From contig JBIOXB010000028.1 of the NCBI GenBank assembly GCA_044869275.1, forward strand, positions 1 to 27,230: a DNA stretch of 27,230 nucleotides. Direction: 5' to 3'. Position 1 is the first letter of the stretch, and the number at the start of each line of letters is the position of its first letter. The notes below the pieces were generated by a model. The model did not search any database, was not told where the DNA came from, and was given only the letters and a program-made list of their open reading frames with translations. Positions 17,275 through 25,237 of the stretch are shown here, one piece after another. A program made the position numbers and the translations under genes. Source of the stretch: a bacterium (lineage in GTDB: Bacteria; Zhuqueibacterota; Zhuqueibacteria; Zhuqueibacterales; Zhuqueibacteraceae).

Positions 17275-19172
17275 AAGCTCCCAATGCGAGCACGATACGG
17301 CGGGCCAGGAGGGCTCCATTACTATGGAGGCAAACCCCGCCTTTCATTCCGCTTGCCGCCTTGATCCGCCGGGTTTTCCTTGGCGGTTTTGATGGCACGA
17401 CCTGTGACCGCTTTTTCCCTCCTCTCCAATTCTGTGCATTGCTCACACTCTTGATGGTAAGCCTGAGTTGCAGAGACTCTAAAACGCCTGCGGTAAACAA
17501 AACTGCATCCGCAGCCAACGGCCTGGCCTTGCCCGTATTCTCCGAGGTCACCAGTGAGGCCGGCTTGGGCGACTTCAAATACATCAACGGTGCTTTTGGC
17601 AAAGTTTGGTTTCCGGAGCAAATGGCCGGAGGCGGAGGGTTTATCGACTACGACACGAACGGCTGGCTCGATATTCTGCTCGTGGGCGGCGGCGCTCTCG
17701 CTCCCCACAGCATTCCCGAACCGCCGGCTTTGTGGCTTTACCGCAACAACGGCGACGCCACCTTCTCGCTTAAAACCAGGGAAGCGGGACTCGATGGCAT
17801 TCGCACTTATGGCACCGGTGTTAATGTGGCGGATTATGACAATGATGGCGACGAAGATTTCTTTTTCACCACCCTGCATGAAAACTTTCTATTTCGCAAC
17901 GAAGGCGGCATATTTACCGAGGTCACTAAAAAAGCCGGAGTGATCGCCAAGCCGATTCGTTGGAGCAGCTCCTCGCTTTTTTTTGATGCGGACAGAGACG
18001 GCTGGCTCGATTTACTCGTATGCAACTACGCCGATTGGTCGCCGGAACGGGATATTCCGTGTTTCGTCGAAGGCGGCATCAAGGAATATTGTCCGCCGGG
18101 CATGTACGTGGGCGTGCCCAATAACTTTTATCGCAATAACGGCGACGGAACCTTTGCGGAAGCAACCGAGGCGAGCGGCTTCGCCAACGCGCCGGGCAAG
18201 TCTCTTGGCGTCGCGGAGCTGGACTTCAATCAAGACGGCTGGCCGGACCTGGTCATTTCCAATGACGGCGAGCGCACGCTGCTTTATGAAAACAATCGCA
18301 ACGGCACTTTCACGGAAAGAGGCACGGTATCCGGCATTGCGTACAGCGAATTTGGCGAGGCACGCGCCGGCATGGGCATCGACGCCGGCGTCACGGACAG
18401 CACCGGCAAAGTTTCGGTATTTATCGGCAATTTCTCCGGGGAGATGGACGGCGTCTATCGCTACAATCAAAACGGCTGGTTCGTCGATCGCGCCGCGGTT
18501 TCCAAGATCGGGCGGCCGAGCATACCGACGCTCACCTTTGGCGTGTTTTTGATGGACGTCGATTTTGACGGCGACCTCGACTTCTTCGCCGCCAACGGCC
18601 ATGTCTATCCCGTGCGCACGCGCTTCATGGACGGCATTACCTATCGCCAACCACCGCAGCTTTTTTTGAGCAACAATGACGGCACGTTTGAAGAAGTCGG
18701 CAGGACGGTCGGTGGCGTTTTCGCCCAGCCGATGGTCGCGCGCGGCGCGGCTTATGGTGATTTCGATCGCGACGGCGATCCGGATATTTTGATCACGGAA
18801 AACGCCGGGCCTGCGCACTTGTGGCGCAATGACTTTAAAAATCCCCACGCTCTCCGCGTGCATCTCAAAGGCCGCCAGAGCAACCGCGACGGCGTGGGTT
18901 CGCGCATCGTCGCCGTGGTGGGCGGCCGGCGCATGGAGCGCCGCGTGCGCACCGGCTCCAGCTACCTTTCGAATTCGGAAAAAACCGTAACTTTCGGCCT
19001 TGGCAAAGCCACGCGCATGGATTCACTGCTCATTTACTGGCCGAGCGGTCACACCGACCGTATTGCGGGCATAGAATCCGATCAGGAAATACAAATTGTA
19101 GAAGGCGAAGGCACGTTTCAGCAGATGCCGCTGCCGGGGCGAACAGCTGCGGCGCGTCAAATGCCTGACTGA
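17271..19172 (+). CDS. CRTAC1-like FG-GAP / ASPIC-UnbV lipoprotein (paralog 2); start uncertain
   Basis: Lipobox-like SLSC after a long, atypical N-terminus; 'PEQMAGGGGFIDYDTNGWLDI', 'GMGID', 'RGAAYGDFDRDGDPDIL' and 'GSSYLSNS...TFGLG...IYWPSG'. Confidence 0.9.
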   Translation: MKAPNASTIRRARRAPLLWRQTPPFIPLAALIRRVFLGGFDGTTCDRFFPPLQFCALLTLLMVSLSCRDSKTPAVNKTASAANGLALPVFSEVTSEAGLGDFKYINGAFGKVWFPEQMAGGGGFIDYDTNGWLDILLVGGGALAPHSIPEPPALWLYRNNGDATFSLKTREAGLDGIRTYGTGVNVADYDNDGDEDFFFTTLHENFLFRNEGGIFTEVTKKAGVIAKPIRWSSSSLFFDADRDGWLDLLVCNYADWSPERDIPCFVEGGIKEYCPPGMYVGVPNNFYRNNGDGTFAEATEASGFANAPGKSLGVAELDFNQDGWPDLVISNDGERTLLYENNRNGTFTERGTVSGIAYSEFGEARAGMGIDAGVTDSTGKVSVFIGNFSGEMDGVYRYNQNGWFVDRAAVSKIGRPSIPTLTFGVFLMDVDFDGDLDFFAANGHVYPVRTRFMDGITYRQPPQLFLSNNDGTFEEVGRTVGGVFAQPMVARGAAYGDFDRDGDPDILITENAGPAHLWRNDFKNPHALRVHLKGRQSNRDGVGSRIVAVVGGRRMERRVRTGSSYLSNSEKTVTFGLGKATRMDSLLIYWPSGHTDRIAGIESDQEIQIVEGEGTFQQMPLPGRTAAARQMPD

Positions 19173-19184
19173 GAACTCCAAACC

Positions 19185-19526
19185 GTGAGAAAAAGCATGC
19201 TCCCCCGCACCGTATCACAACCGGCCGCACCTGCAATCAACGATTTGGCCTCCCCTCGCCCGTCACGAGATCTGGCCGTTGCTTCGGGTTTGCCGGCGGT
19301 ATTCGCCTGGCTGCGGCTCGCGGCACGGCCGAGCATCGTGCGCCGCGCGCTGCTCACTGCGGTTATCGTGGGGAGCGCGCTGACCCTCATCAATCATGGC
19401 GACGCGATTCTGCGCGGCAGCCTCGATTATGCGCGTTTTGCCAAAATGCTTCTCACTTTTGCCGTGCCGTACGTCGTATCGACCGTGTCGAGCGTGGCCG
19501 CTCGGCGCGAGCTCGAACAAGGTTGA
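19185..19526 (+). CDS. Small membrane protein, NrtS (nitrate/nitrite transporter)-like family
   Basis: 'RALLTAVIVGSALTLINHGDAIL...KMLLTFAVPYVVST' matches the NrtS-family pattern (AL.VG..L..IN.G.....LT..VPY.VS). Two TM segments. Confidence 0.75.
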   Translation: MRKSMLPRTVSQPAAPAINDLASPRPSRDLAVASGLPAVFAWLRLAARPSIVRRALLTAVIVGSALTLINHGDAILRGSLDYARFAKMLLTFAVPYVVSTVSSVAARRELEQG

Positions 19527-19573
19527 GCGGACTGTTTTTCACCGAGCTGCGGCGCCATAAGGAAGCGGAAGAG

Positions 19574-19664
19574 TTCAGTATTCGCAATTGACAATTCGCA
19601 ATTGACAATTGTGAATTGTGAACGGTGAATTGTCAATTGTGAATGCTGAATAGTAAATAGTCAA
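19574..19664. repeat. Inverted array of degenerate heptamers (13 units)
   Basis: TTCAGTA TTCGCAA TTGACAA TTCGCAA TTGACAA | TTGTGAA TTGTGAA CGGTGAA TTGTCAA TTGTGAA TGCTGAA TAGTAAA TAGTCAA. The left units are approximate reverse complements of the right units. Confidence 0.9.
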
Positions 19665-19677
19665 CCCCAAGACCACC

Positions 19678-20967
19678 ATGAACCGACGTCAATTTCTCAA
19701 CACCACTCTCGGCGCTGCTATCGCCGCGCCCTATGTTGTCTCCGCTTCCATATTGGGTCGAAACCAGGCGGTGGCGCCGAGCAACAGAATCACCATCGGG
19801 TGCATCGGCGTCGGTGGCATGGGCACCGCCAACATGCAAAGCTTCCTTGCCCATCCGAACGCCCGGGTGCTCGCCGTTTGTGACGTGGACGCGAAACATC
19901 GCAATCAGGCGCGCGAGAGCGTCAACACGGCTTACGGCAACAACGATTGCGCGGCTTATAATGATTTTCGCGAATTGCTGGCGCGCACCGATATCGACGC
20001 GGTCATGATTGCGACGCCGGACCATTGGCATGGCATTATTGCCGTGGCTTCCGCCCGGGCTCGCAAGGATATCTACGGCGAGAAACCGCTCGCCTATACG
20101 ATTGCCGAAGGGCGCGCCATTGTCGATGCCGTGCAACGCTACGGCGTGGTCTGGCAAACCGGCAGCTGGCAGCGTTCCCAGCGGCATTTTCGTTTTGCCT
20201 GCGAGCTGGTGCGCAATGGCCGCATCGGCGCAGTGCACACGGTGAGAGTCGGACTGCCATACGGCAATAACCTTGATGAGCTCGACGCACAACCGGTGCC
20301 GGTGCCGGAAGGGTTTGATTATGATCTGTGGCTCGGCCCCGCGCCATGGCGGCCATACCATCCCCAGCGCTGTCATTTTAATTTTCGCTGGATCAGCGAC
20401 TATTCCGGCGGGCAGCTCACCGACTGGGCCGGCCATCATTGTGACATTGCCAACTGGGGCATGAACACTGAATCTTCCGCGCCCATCGAAATCGAAGGCA
20501 AGGCGCTTTCTCCGCCCGCGCAAAACGGCCTCTTCGATACGCCGGGGTCTTATTATTTTGAGTGCAAATATGCTGAAGGCTTCACCATGATCGTGGCGGA
20601 TGAAAAGCAACAACCCAAGGGCATGGGCACGCAATTTTTCGGAAGCGAAGGCTGGATTTACGTGGATCGCTCCGGCCTGGATGCGCAGCCCAAATCAATT
20701 CTGAAATCGACCATCGGCCCGAACGAGATTCATCTTTATGAAAGCCTCGATCACGTCGGCAATTTTCTCGAGTGCGTAGCCAGCCGCGCCAAGACCATCA
20801 CACCCGCGGAAGTCGCACATCATGCTATTATGATCGGCCATCTTGGTAACATTGCCATGAAGCTCGGCCGGAAAGTGCGCTGGCATCTCCCCACTGAGCA
20901 GTTTGTCAACGATCCCGAGGCCGATCGCATGCTGTCGCGGCCGATGCGGAGCCCATGGATGATTTAA
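19678..20967 (+). CDS. Tat-exported Gfo/Idh/MocA-family oxidoreductase
   Basis: Twin-arginine signal MNRRQFL; Rossmann 'IGCIGVGGMG'; 'IATPDHWH', 'GEKP', 'QTGSWQRS', 'LWLGPAP' and 'DWAGHHCD'. Confidence 0.95.
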   Translation: MNRRQFLNTTLGAAIAAPYVVSASILGRNQAVAPSNRITIGCIGVGGMGTANMQSFLAHPNARVLAVCDVDAKHRNQARESVNTAYGNNDCAAYNDFRELLARTDIDAVMIATPDHWHGIIAVASARARKDIYGEKPLAYTIAEGRAIVDAVQRYGVVWQTGSWQRSQRHFRFACELVRNGRIGAVHTVRVGLPYGNNLDELDAQPVPVPEGFDYDLWLGPAPWRPYHPQRCHFNFRWISDYSGGQLTDWAGHHCDIANWGMNTESSAPIEIEGKALSPPAQNGLFDTPGSYYFECKYAEGFTMIVADEKQQPKGMGTQFFGSEGWIYVDRSGLDAQPKSILKSTIGPNEIHLYESLDHVGNFLECVASRAKTITPAEVAHHAIMIGHLGNIAMKLGRKVRWHLPTEQFVNDPEADRMLSRPMRSPWMI

Positions 20968-21035
20968 GGCGACGAAAACTCTTGCTTCCTATATTGTCCG
21001 TCGTTTGTGAAGCGATAGAAACGAGTGGTGTCTTT

Positions 21036-21785
21036 ATGAAAGCATATGCCGCAGTCGCAGCCCTGGTATTCATTTTTGTGATTTCCGCTTTCGCGCAGAC
21101 GGACCCCGGCAACGAGCCGGATCCCAAATTGACCGAAGTGTGGGAACATGAGCCGCGCCTGGTTACACCGGGCGCGAAGAACAAACCTCCCTCCGACGCG
21201 ATCGTGTTATTCGACGGAAAGAATCTTTCAGAATGGCAGGGGAAAGACGGCGGCGAGGTCAAATGGAAAGTCGACAAGGGTGCTCTCACCGTGGTGAAGG
21301 GCGCCGGTGAAATCATGACCAGGCGCGCGTTCGGTGACGTGCAATTGCATATCGAATGGCGAACACCCGAGAAAGTTTCCGGTGAAGGCCAGGGCCGCGG
21401 CAACAGCGGGGTCTTCCTGCAGAAACGTTATGAGGTGCAGGTCCTCGACTCCTACAACAATCGCACCTATTCCAACGGCCAAGCCGGAAGCATCTACAAA
21501 CAGCACATTCCGCTCGTCAACGCCAGCCGTGCGCCCGGCGAGTGGCAAACATATGACATTATTTTTGTCGCACCGCGATTCAAAGCCGACAGCACGCTCG
21601 AAACGCCGGGCCGGCTCACGGTTTTTCACAATGGGGTTTTAATTCAAAACAACGCCGAGCTGAGAGGCGGAACCGTGTACCGCGGCCAGCCTTCGTACCG
21701 GTGGCACGCTCTAAAGGAACCTCTGCAGTTGCAAGATCATGGCAATGCGGTGAGCTATCGCAACATCTGGATTCGTGAGCTATGA
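21036..21785 (+). CDS. DUF1080 (3-keto-disaccharide hydrolase family) secreted protein
   Basis: The signal peptide starts at ATG 21036 rather than 20955. Motifs: 'PPSDAIVLFDGKNL..W', 'FGDVQLHIEW', 'RGNSGVFL..RYEVQVLDS' and 'LQDHGNAVSYRNIWIREL'. Confidence 0.93.
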   Translation: MKAYAAVAALVFIFVISAFAQTDPGNEPDPKLTEVWEHEPRLVTPGAKNKPPSDAIVLFDGKNLSEWQGKDGGEVKWKVDKGALTVVKGAGEIMTRRAFGDVQLHIEWRTPEKVSGEGQGRGNSGVFLQKRYEVQVLDSYNNRTYSNGQAGSIYKQHIPLVNASRAPGEWQTYDIIFVAPRFKADSTLETPGRLTVFHNGVLIQNNAELRGGTVYRGQPSYRWHALKEPLQLQDHGNAVSYRNIWIREL

Positions 21786-24700
21786 AAATGAAACGCGCAC
21801 AATTCCTGCTGGCCATGTTGCATTGTGTTCTCCTCCCCAGCCTGGCGCTCGCGCAAATTTCCCCCGAAGATTTGCAGAAAATAGAAAAAGCGTTGCCGGC
21901 GCAGGCCACGGCCAAGACGAAACAGCCGCGCAAGTTGTTGGTGTTCATCCGCGCCGAAGGCTACAAGCATAGCTCGATTCCATACGCGGCGAAGGCGCTC
22001 GAGCTCATGGGAAGGCAGACGGGGGCATTCACCTCCATGCAGAGCGAAGACATGGCGGTGTTTGCGCCCGAAACTCTCCGGCAATTTGATGCCGTGCTTT
22101 TTGTCAGCACCAGCGCGCTCGCGTTCGAGGATGTCGCGCTGCGTCAAAGTTTGATGAACTTTGTCAAAGGCGGCAAGGGTGTGGCCGGCATTCACGCCGC
22201 GACGGATAATTTTTATAACTGGCCCGAAGCCGCCGACATGATGGGCGGACATTTCGACGGCCATCCCTGGCAAGCCAACGGCACGTGGGCGGTCAAAATC
22301 GTCGATCCCTCCCACCCTCTCACTGCCGCTTTTCATGGCAAAAACTTTCAAATCAGCGACGAAATTTATCGCATTCGCCCGCGCAGCTTGCGCCAAAATT
22401 GCCGTGTCTTGGTCGCGCTCGATATGTTGGATCAGACCAATCGCGCTGCGGAAGGCGTTCGATTCGGCGATCGCGACCTTCCCATCAGTTGGGTTCGGAA
22501 CTTCGGCTCGGGCCGCGTCTTCTACAGCTCGTTCGGCCACAACTCCTCGATTTATTGGAATCCCGCGATTTTGCAGCATTTTCTCGACGGTATTCAATTC
22601 GCGCTTGGTGACTTGCAGGTCGATACCACACCGATACCATTCGAGGTGGAAAGTGCATTTGCTGCGGAGGAGCTCGATCGACTCTTCGGAAAAGTTGCGG
22701 CGTATGAATATGGCCAGAGCCGCGAGGCGTTGGTGAATCTCACGGAATTCCTGCGGCTCGCTGCGGTTTCGCCGAGATTGCAGCGGCAGAACGAGGAACG
22801 CCTTGTGCAATTGCTGGCGAGTGGCCCGAGTTTCACCGCGAAGCAGTTTGTCTGCGAACAACTCAGTCTCTATGGCTCGAAAGAATCCGTTCCCGCCCTG
22901 GCAAAAATGTTGCACGACTCCGCGAGCTCGGACATGGCGCGTTTTGCGCTCGAACGCATTCCTGATCCCTCCGTCGATAAAGCCTTGCGGCAAGCCTTAT
23001 TCAAAACGGCCGGCAGGATTCGAGTTGGCATTATCAACACCCTCGGACAACGTGGCGGAGCTGAATCGGTCTCCGATCTCAGCAAGCTCGCCGAAGACTC
23101 TGAGCCATTGACCGCAGCGGCCGCGATCGCCGCGCTCGGAAAAATGGGAGGAGAAAAAGCAACGCAAGCTTTGGCCCGTGCCCAAGACAAGCCCGCGAGC
23201 GAACTGCAAGCGTTGGCAGGCGATGCTTATTTGAATTGCGCGGACCTGTTTTTGCAACGCGGCGAAAAAGACCGGGCTTTGGCTATCTACACGCAGTTGC
23301 ACGCCCCGCCATTTCCCGAGCCGATTCGTTATGCGGCCATGCGTGGCCTGGCGCGCGCGCGCGGCGGCAGCGTGAGCGAGTTTATCCTGAGCCAGTTGCA
23401 AAACTCAGACGCGAAGACACAAATGCTCGCCGCCCAGCTCGTGCATGAAATACCTGCCACAGAAAGCGTCGCTGGAATTCTGCAACTCCTGCCTGCTCTT
23501 CCGCCCGCGGGTCAAGTGCAACTTTTGACCTCATTTGCCGAGCGCAAAGAGGCCGCGGTGCGGCAGGCCGCAGTGGTAGCGACGGAAAGCGAGCACCCGG
23601 AAGTTCGTGCCGCGGCGCTGAAAGCACTTGGCAGCAGCGGCGATGAATCCACGGTTCTGTTGTTGGCAAAGATTGCGGCTGGCAAAAGCGCCGAAGCGGC
23701 CATGGCGCGCAAGAGCCTCTATCGCCTGACCGGGCCAAACATTGACGAGACCATCGTGGCGAGCATAAACGCCGCCGCACCCGCCGTCCAAGTTGAATTG
23801 ATTCTTGCTGCCAGCCAGCGTCACATTGGAGCTGCAACACCGGTACTGTTGCAAACGGCCAGGAGCCCCGAACTCCAGGTAAGGTTGGAATCGCTCCGCG
23901 CTTTGAAGACGGTTGCCGGCGACCAGTATATGTCCGATCTTCTCGACCTTCTGGTGAATGCGCAAAATCCCTCCGAACGCAGCGAGCTCGAGGATGCCGT
24001 CACTGCGGTGGCGCGGAGAGCGCCGGTGGAGCACCACAATAGCAAAGCCGTGATGACCCGCCTCGAGAAATTTCCTCCCGGAACGAATTCCGAAGTGCGG
24101 GAATCTTTGCTGCAAGTATTGGGACGAATCGGCGACCAAGCAGCTTTGCCGGTCCTGATTGCAGCGCTCGAGGATACGGCGGCAGAGGCAAAAACCGCGG
24201 CGATACGCGCGCTTTCGGAGTGGCCCACCTCCGAGCCGAGCAGCCATCTGCTGGCGATCGCCGAGAATTCTAAGCAGCGTACCCATCAAGTCCTGGCCCT
24301 GCGCGGCTTCGTTCGCCAGTTGCGCTTTGAAAGCGACCTCCCCTCCGCCGGCACCATCAAAAAATACCGGCACGCCATGGAATTGGCGGCGAATGCCAAT
24401 GAGCAGAAAATGATCTTAGGCTGGCTGGCCGAGGCCAAAGCACTGGGCGCTTTGCAGCTGGCGTCGAGCTACATGAAAAATCCCTCCCTGCGATCGGAAG
24501 CGGAAGTCGCCGCTGTGAAGATTGCGGGCGTTGTGAGCGGCGGCTATCCGGCGGAGACCAAAGCGATCCTGCAACAAGTTCTGCAAAGCGCGAAGAACGA
24601 TACGCTGGCGCACACGCAGCAAGCGCACGCGTTGATTCAGCAGATTGAGCGCTTTGAAGATTTCATGACGGCTTGGCTGGTTTCCGGGCCATATCTCGAC

Positions 24701-25153
24701 AGCGAGGCCAATCTTTTTGAATTTGCTTTTCCGCCGGAGCAACCCGGCCAGGCAGGAGCTAAATGGCAGGTCATGCCTGCCAGCACCGTCCCCGCAGCGC
24801 CGTGGCTGATTCAGCTCGATCAAGTTTTGGGCGGGGACAATCGCGTGGCTTATTTGCGCAATCATGTTTGGTCGGACAAAGAGCAGCGCGTCCACATGGA
24901 ATTGGGCAGCGATGACGGCGTCAAAGTCTGGCTCAATGGTGAATTGGTCCACGCCAACAATGCCAGTCGCGGCACGACGCCTGGCGATGACGTCTTCGAA
25001 ATGACCTTGCGCCAAGGTTGGAATTCCCTTCTACTAAAAATCATACAAGGCACGGGCAGTTGGGGTGCGTGTGCGCGCTTGCGAAAATTGGATGGCAGCA
25101 AGGCGGAAGGTGTGAAGGTGGCGTTGTTTGAACAGGGAAACGCTTCGAACTGA
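21782..25153 (+). CDS. Secreted ThuA-domain / HEAT-repeat / PA14-like fusion protein
   Basis: Signal peptide; ThuA-like 'EGYKHSSIP', 'GKGVAGIHAATD', 'FDGHPW', 'DEIY' and 'GRVFYSSFGH'; Ala/Leu-rich HEAT repeats (VRAAALKALG); C-terminal 'LGSDDGVKVWLNGELV...LRQGWNSLLLKI'. Confidence 0.88.
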   Translation: MKMKRAQFLLAMLHCVLLPSLALAQISPEDLQKIEKALPAQATAKTKQPRKLLVFIRAEGYKHSSIPYAAKALELMGRQTGAFTSMQSEDMAVFAPETLRQFDAVLFVSTSALAFEDVALRQSLMNFVKGGKGVAGIHAATDNFYNWPEAADMMGGHFDGHPWQANGTWAVKIVDPSHPLTAAFHGKNFQISDEIYRIRPRSLRQNCRVLVALDMLDQTNRAAEGVRFGDRDLPISWVRNFGSGRVFYSSFGHNSSIYWNPAILQHFLDGIQFALGDLQVDTTPIPFEVESAFAAEELDRLFGKVAAYEYGQSREALVNLTEFLRLAAVSPRLQRQNEERLVQLLASGPSFTAKQFVCEQLSLYGSKESVPALAKMLHDSASSDMARFALERIPDPSVDKALRQALFKTAGRIRVGIINTLGQRGGAESVSDLSKLAEDSEPLTAAAAIAALGKMGGEKATQALARAQDKPASELQALAGDAYLNCADLFLQRGEKDRALAIYTQLHAPPFPEPIRYAAMRGLARARGGSVSEFILSQLQNSDAKTQMLAAQLVHEIPATESVAGILQLLPALPPAGQVQLLTSFAERKEAAVRQAAVVATESEHPEVRAAALKALGSSGDESTVLLLAKIAAGKSAEAAMARKSLYRLTGPNIDETIVASINAAAPAVQVELILAASQRHIGAATPVLLQTARSPELQVRLESLRALKTVAGDQYMSDLLDLLVNAQNPSERSELEDAVTAVARRAPVEHHNSKAVMTRLEKFPPGTNSEVRESLLQVLGRIGDQAALPVLIAALEDTAAEAKTAAIRALSEWPTSEPSSHLLAIAENSKQRTHQVLALRGFVRQLRFESDLPSAGTIKKYRHAMELAANANEQKMILGWLAEAKALGALQLASSYMKNPSLRSEAEVAAVKIAGVVSGGYPAETKAILQQVLQSAKNDTLAHTQQAHALIQQIERFEDFMTAWLVSGPYLDSEANLFEFAFPPEQPGQAGAKWQVMPASTVPAAPWLIQLDQVLGGDNRVAYLRNHVWSDKEQRVHMELGSDDGVKVWLNGELVHANNASRGTTPGDDVFEMTLRQGWNSLLLKIIQGTGSWGACARLRKLDGSKAEGVKVALFEQGNASN

Positions 25154-25237
25154 TTTTGCGCTGCAGTTCGGATTTTGTGGCAGAATTCAGGTTTTATCCG
25201 TGGAAAAAGCATTTGACCTCTTGGCTGGAAACACAAC

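Noticed and set aside
19633..20634. 333-aa minus-strand ORF
   Set aside because: Antisense to the Gfo/Idh/MocA gene; typical of GC-rich codon bias.
21755..22993. 412-aa minus-strand ORF
   Set aside because: Antisense shadow of the well-supported ThuA gene; no recognisable motifs.
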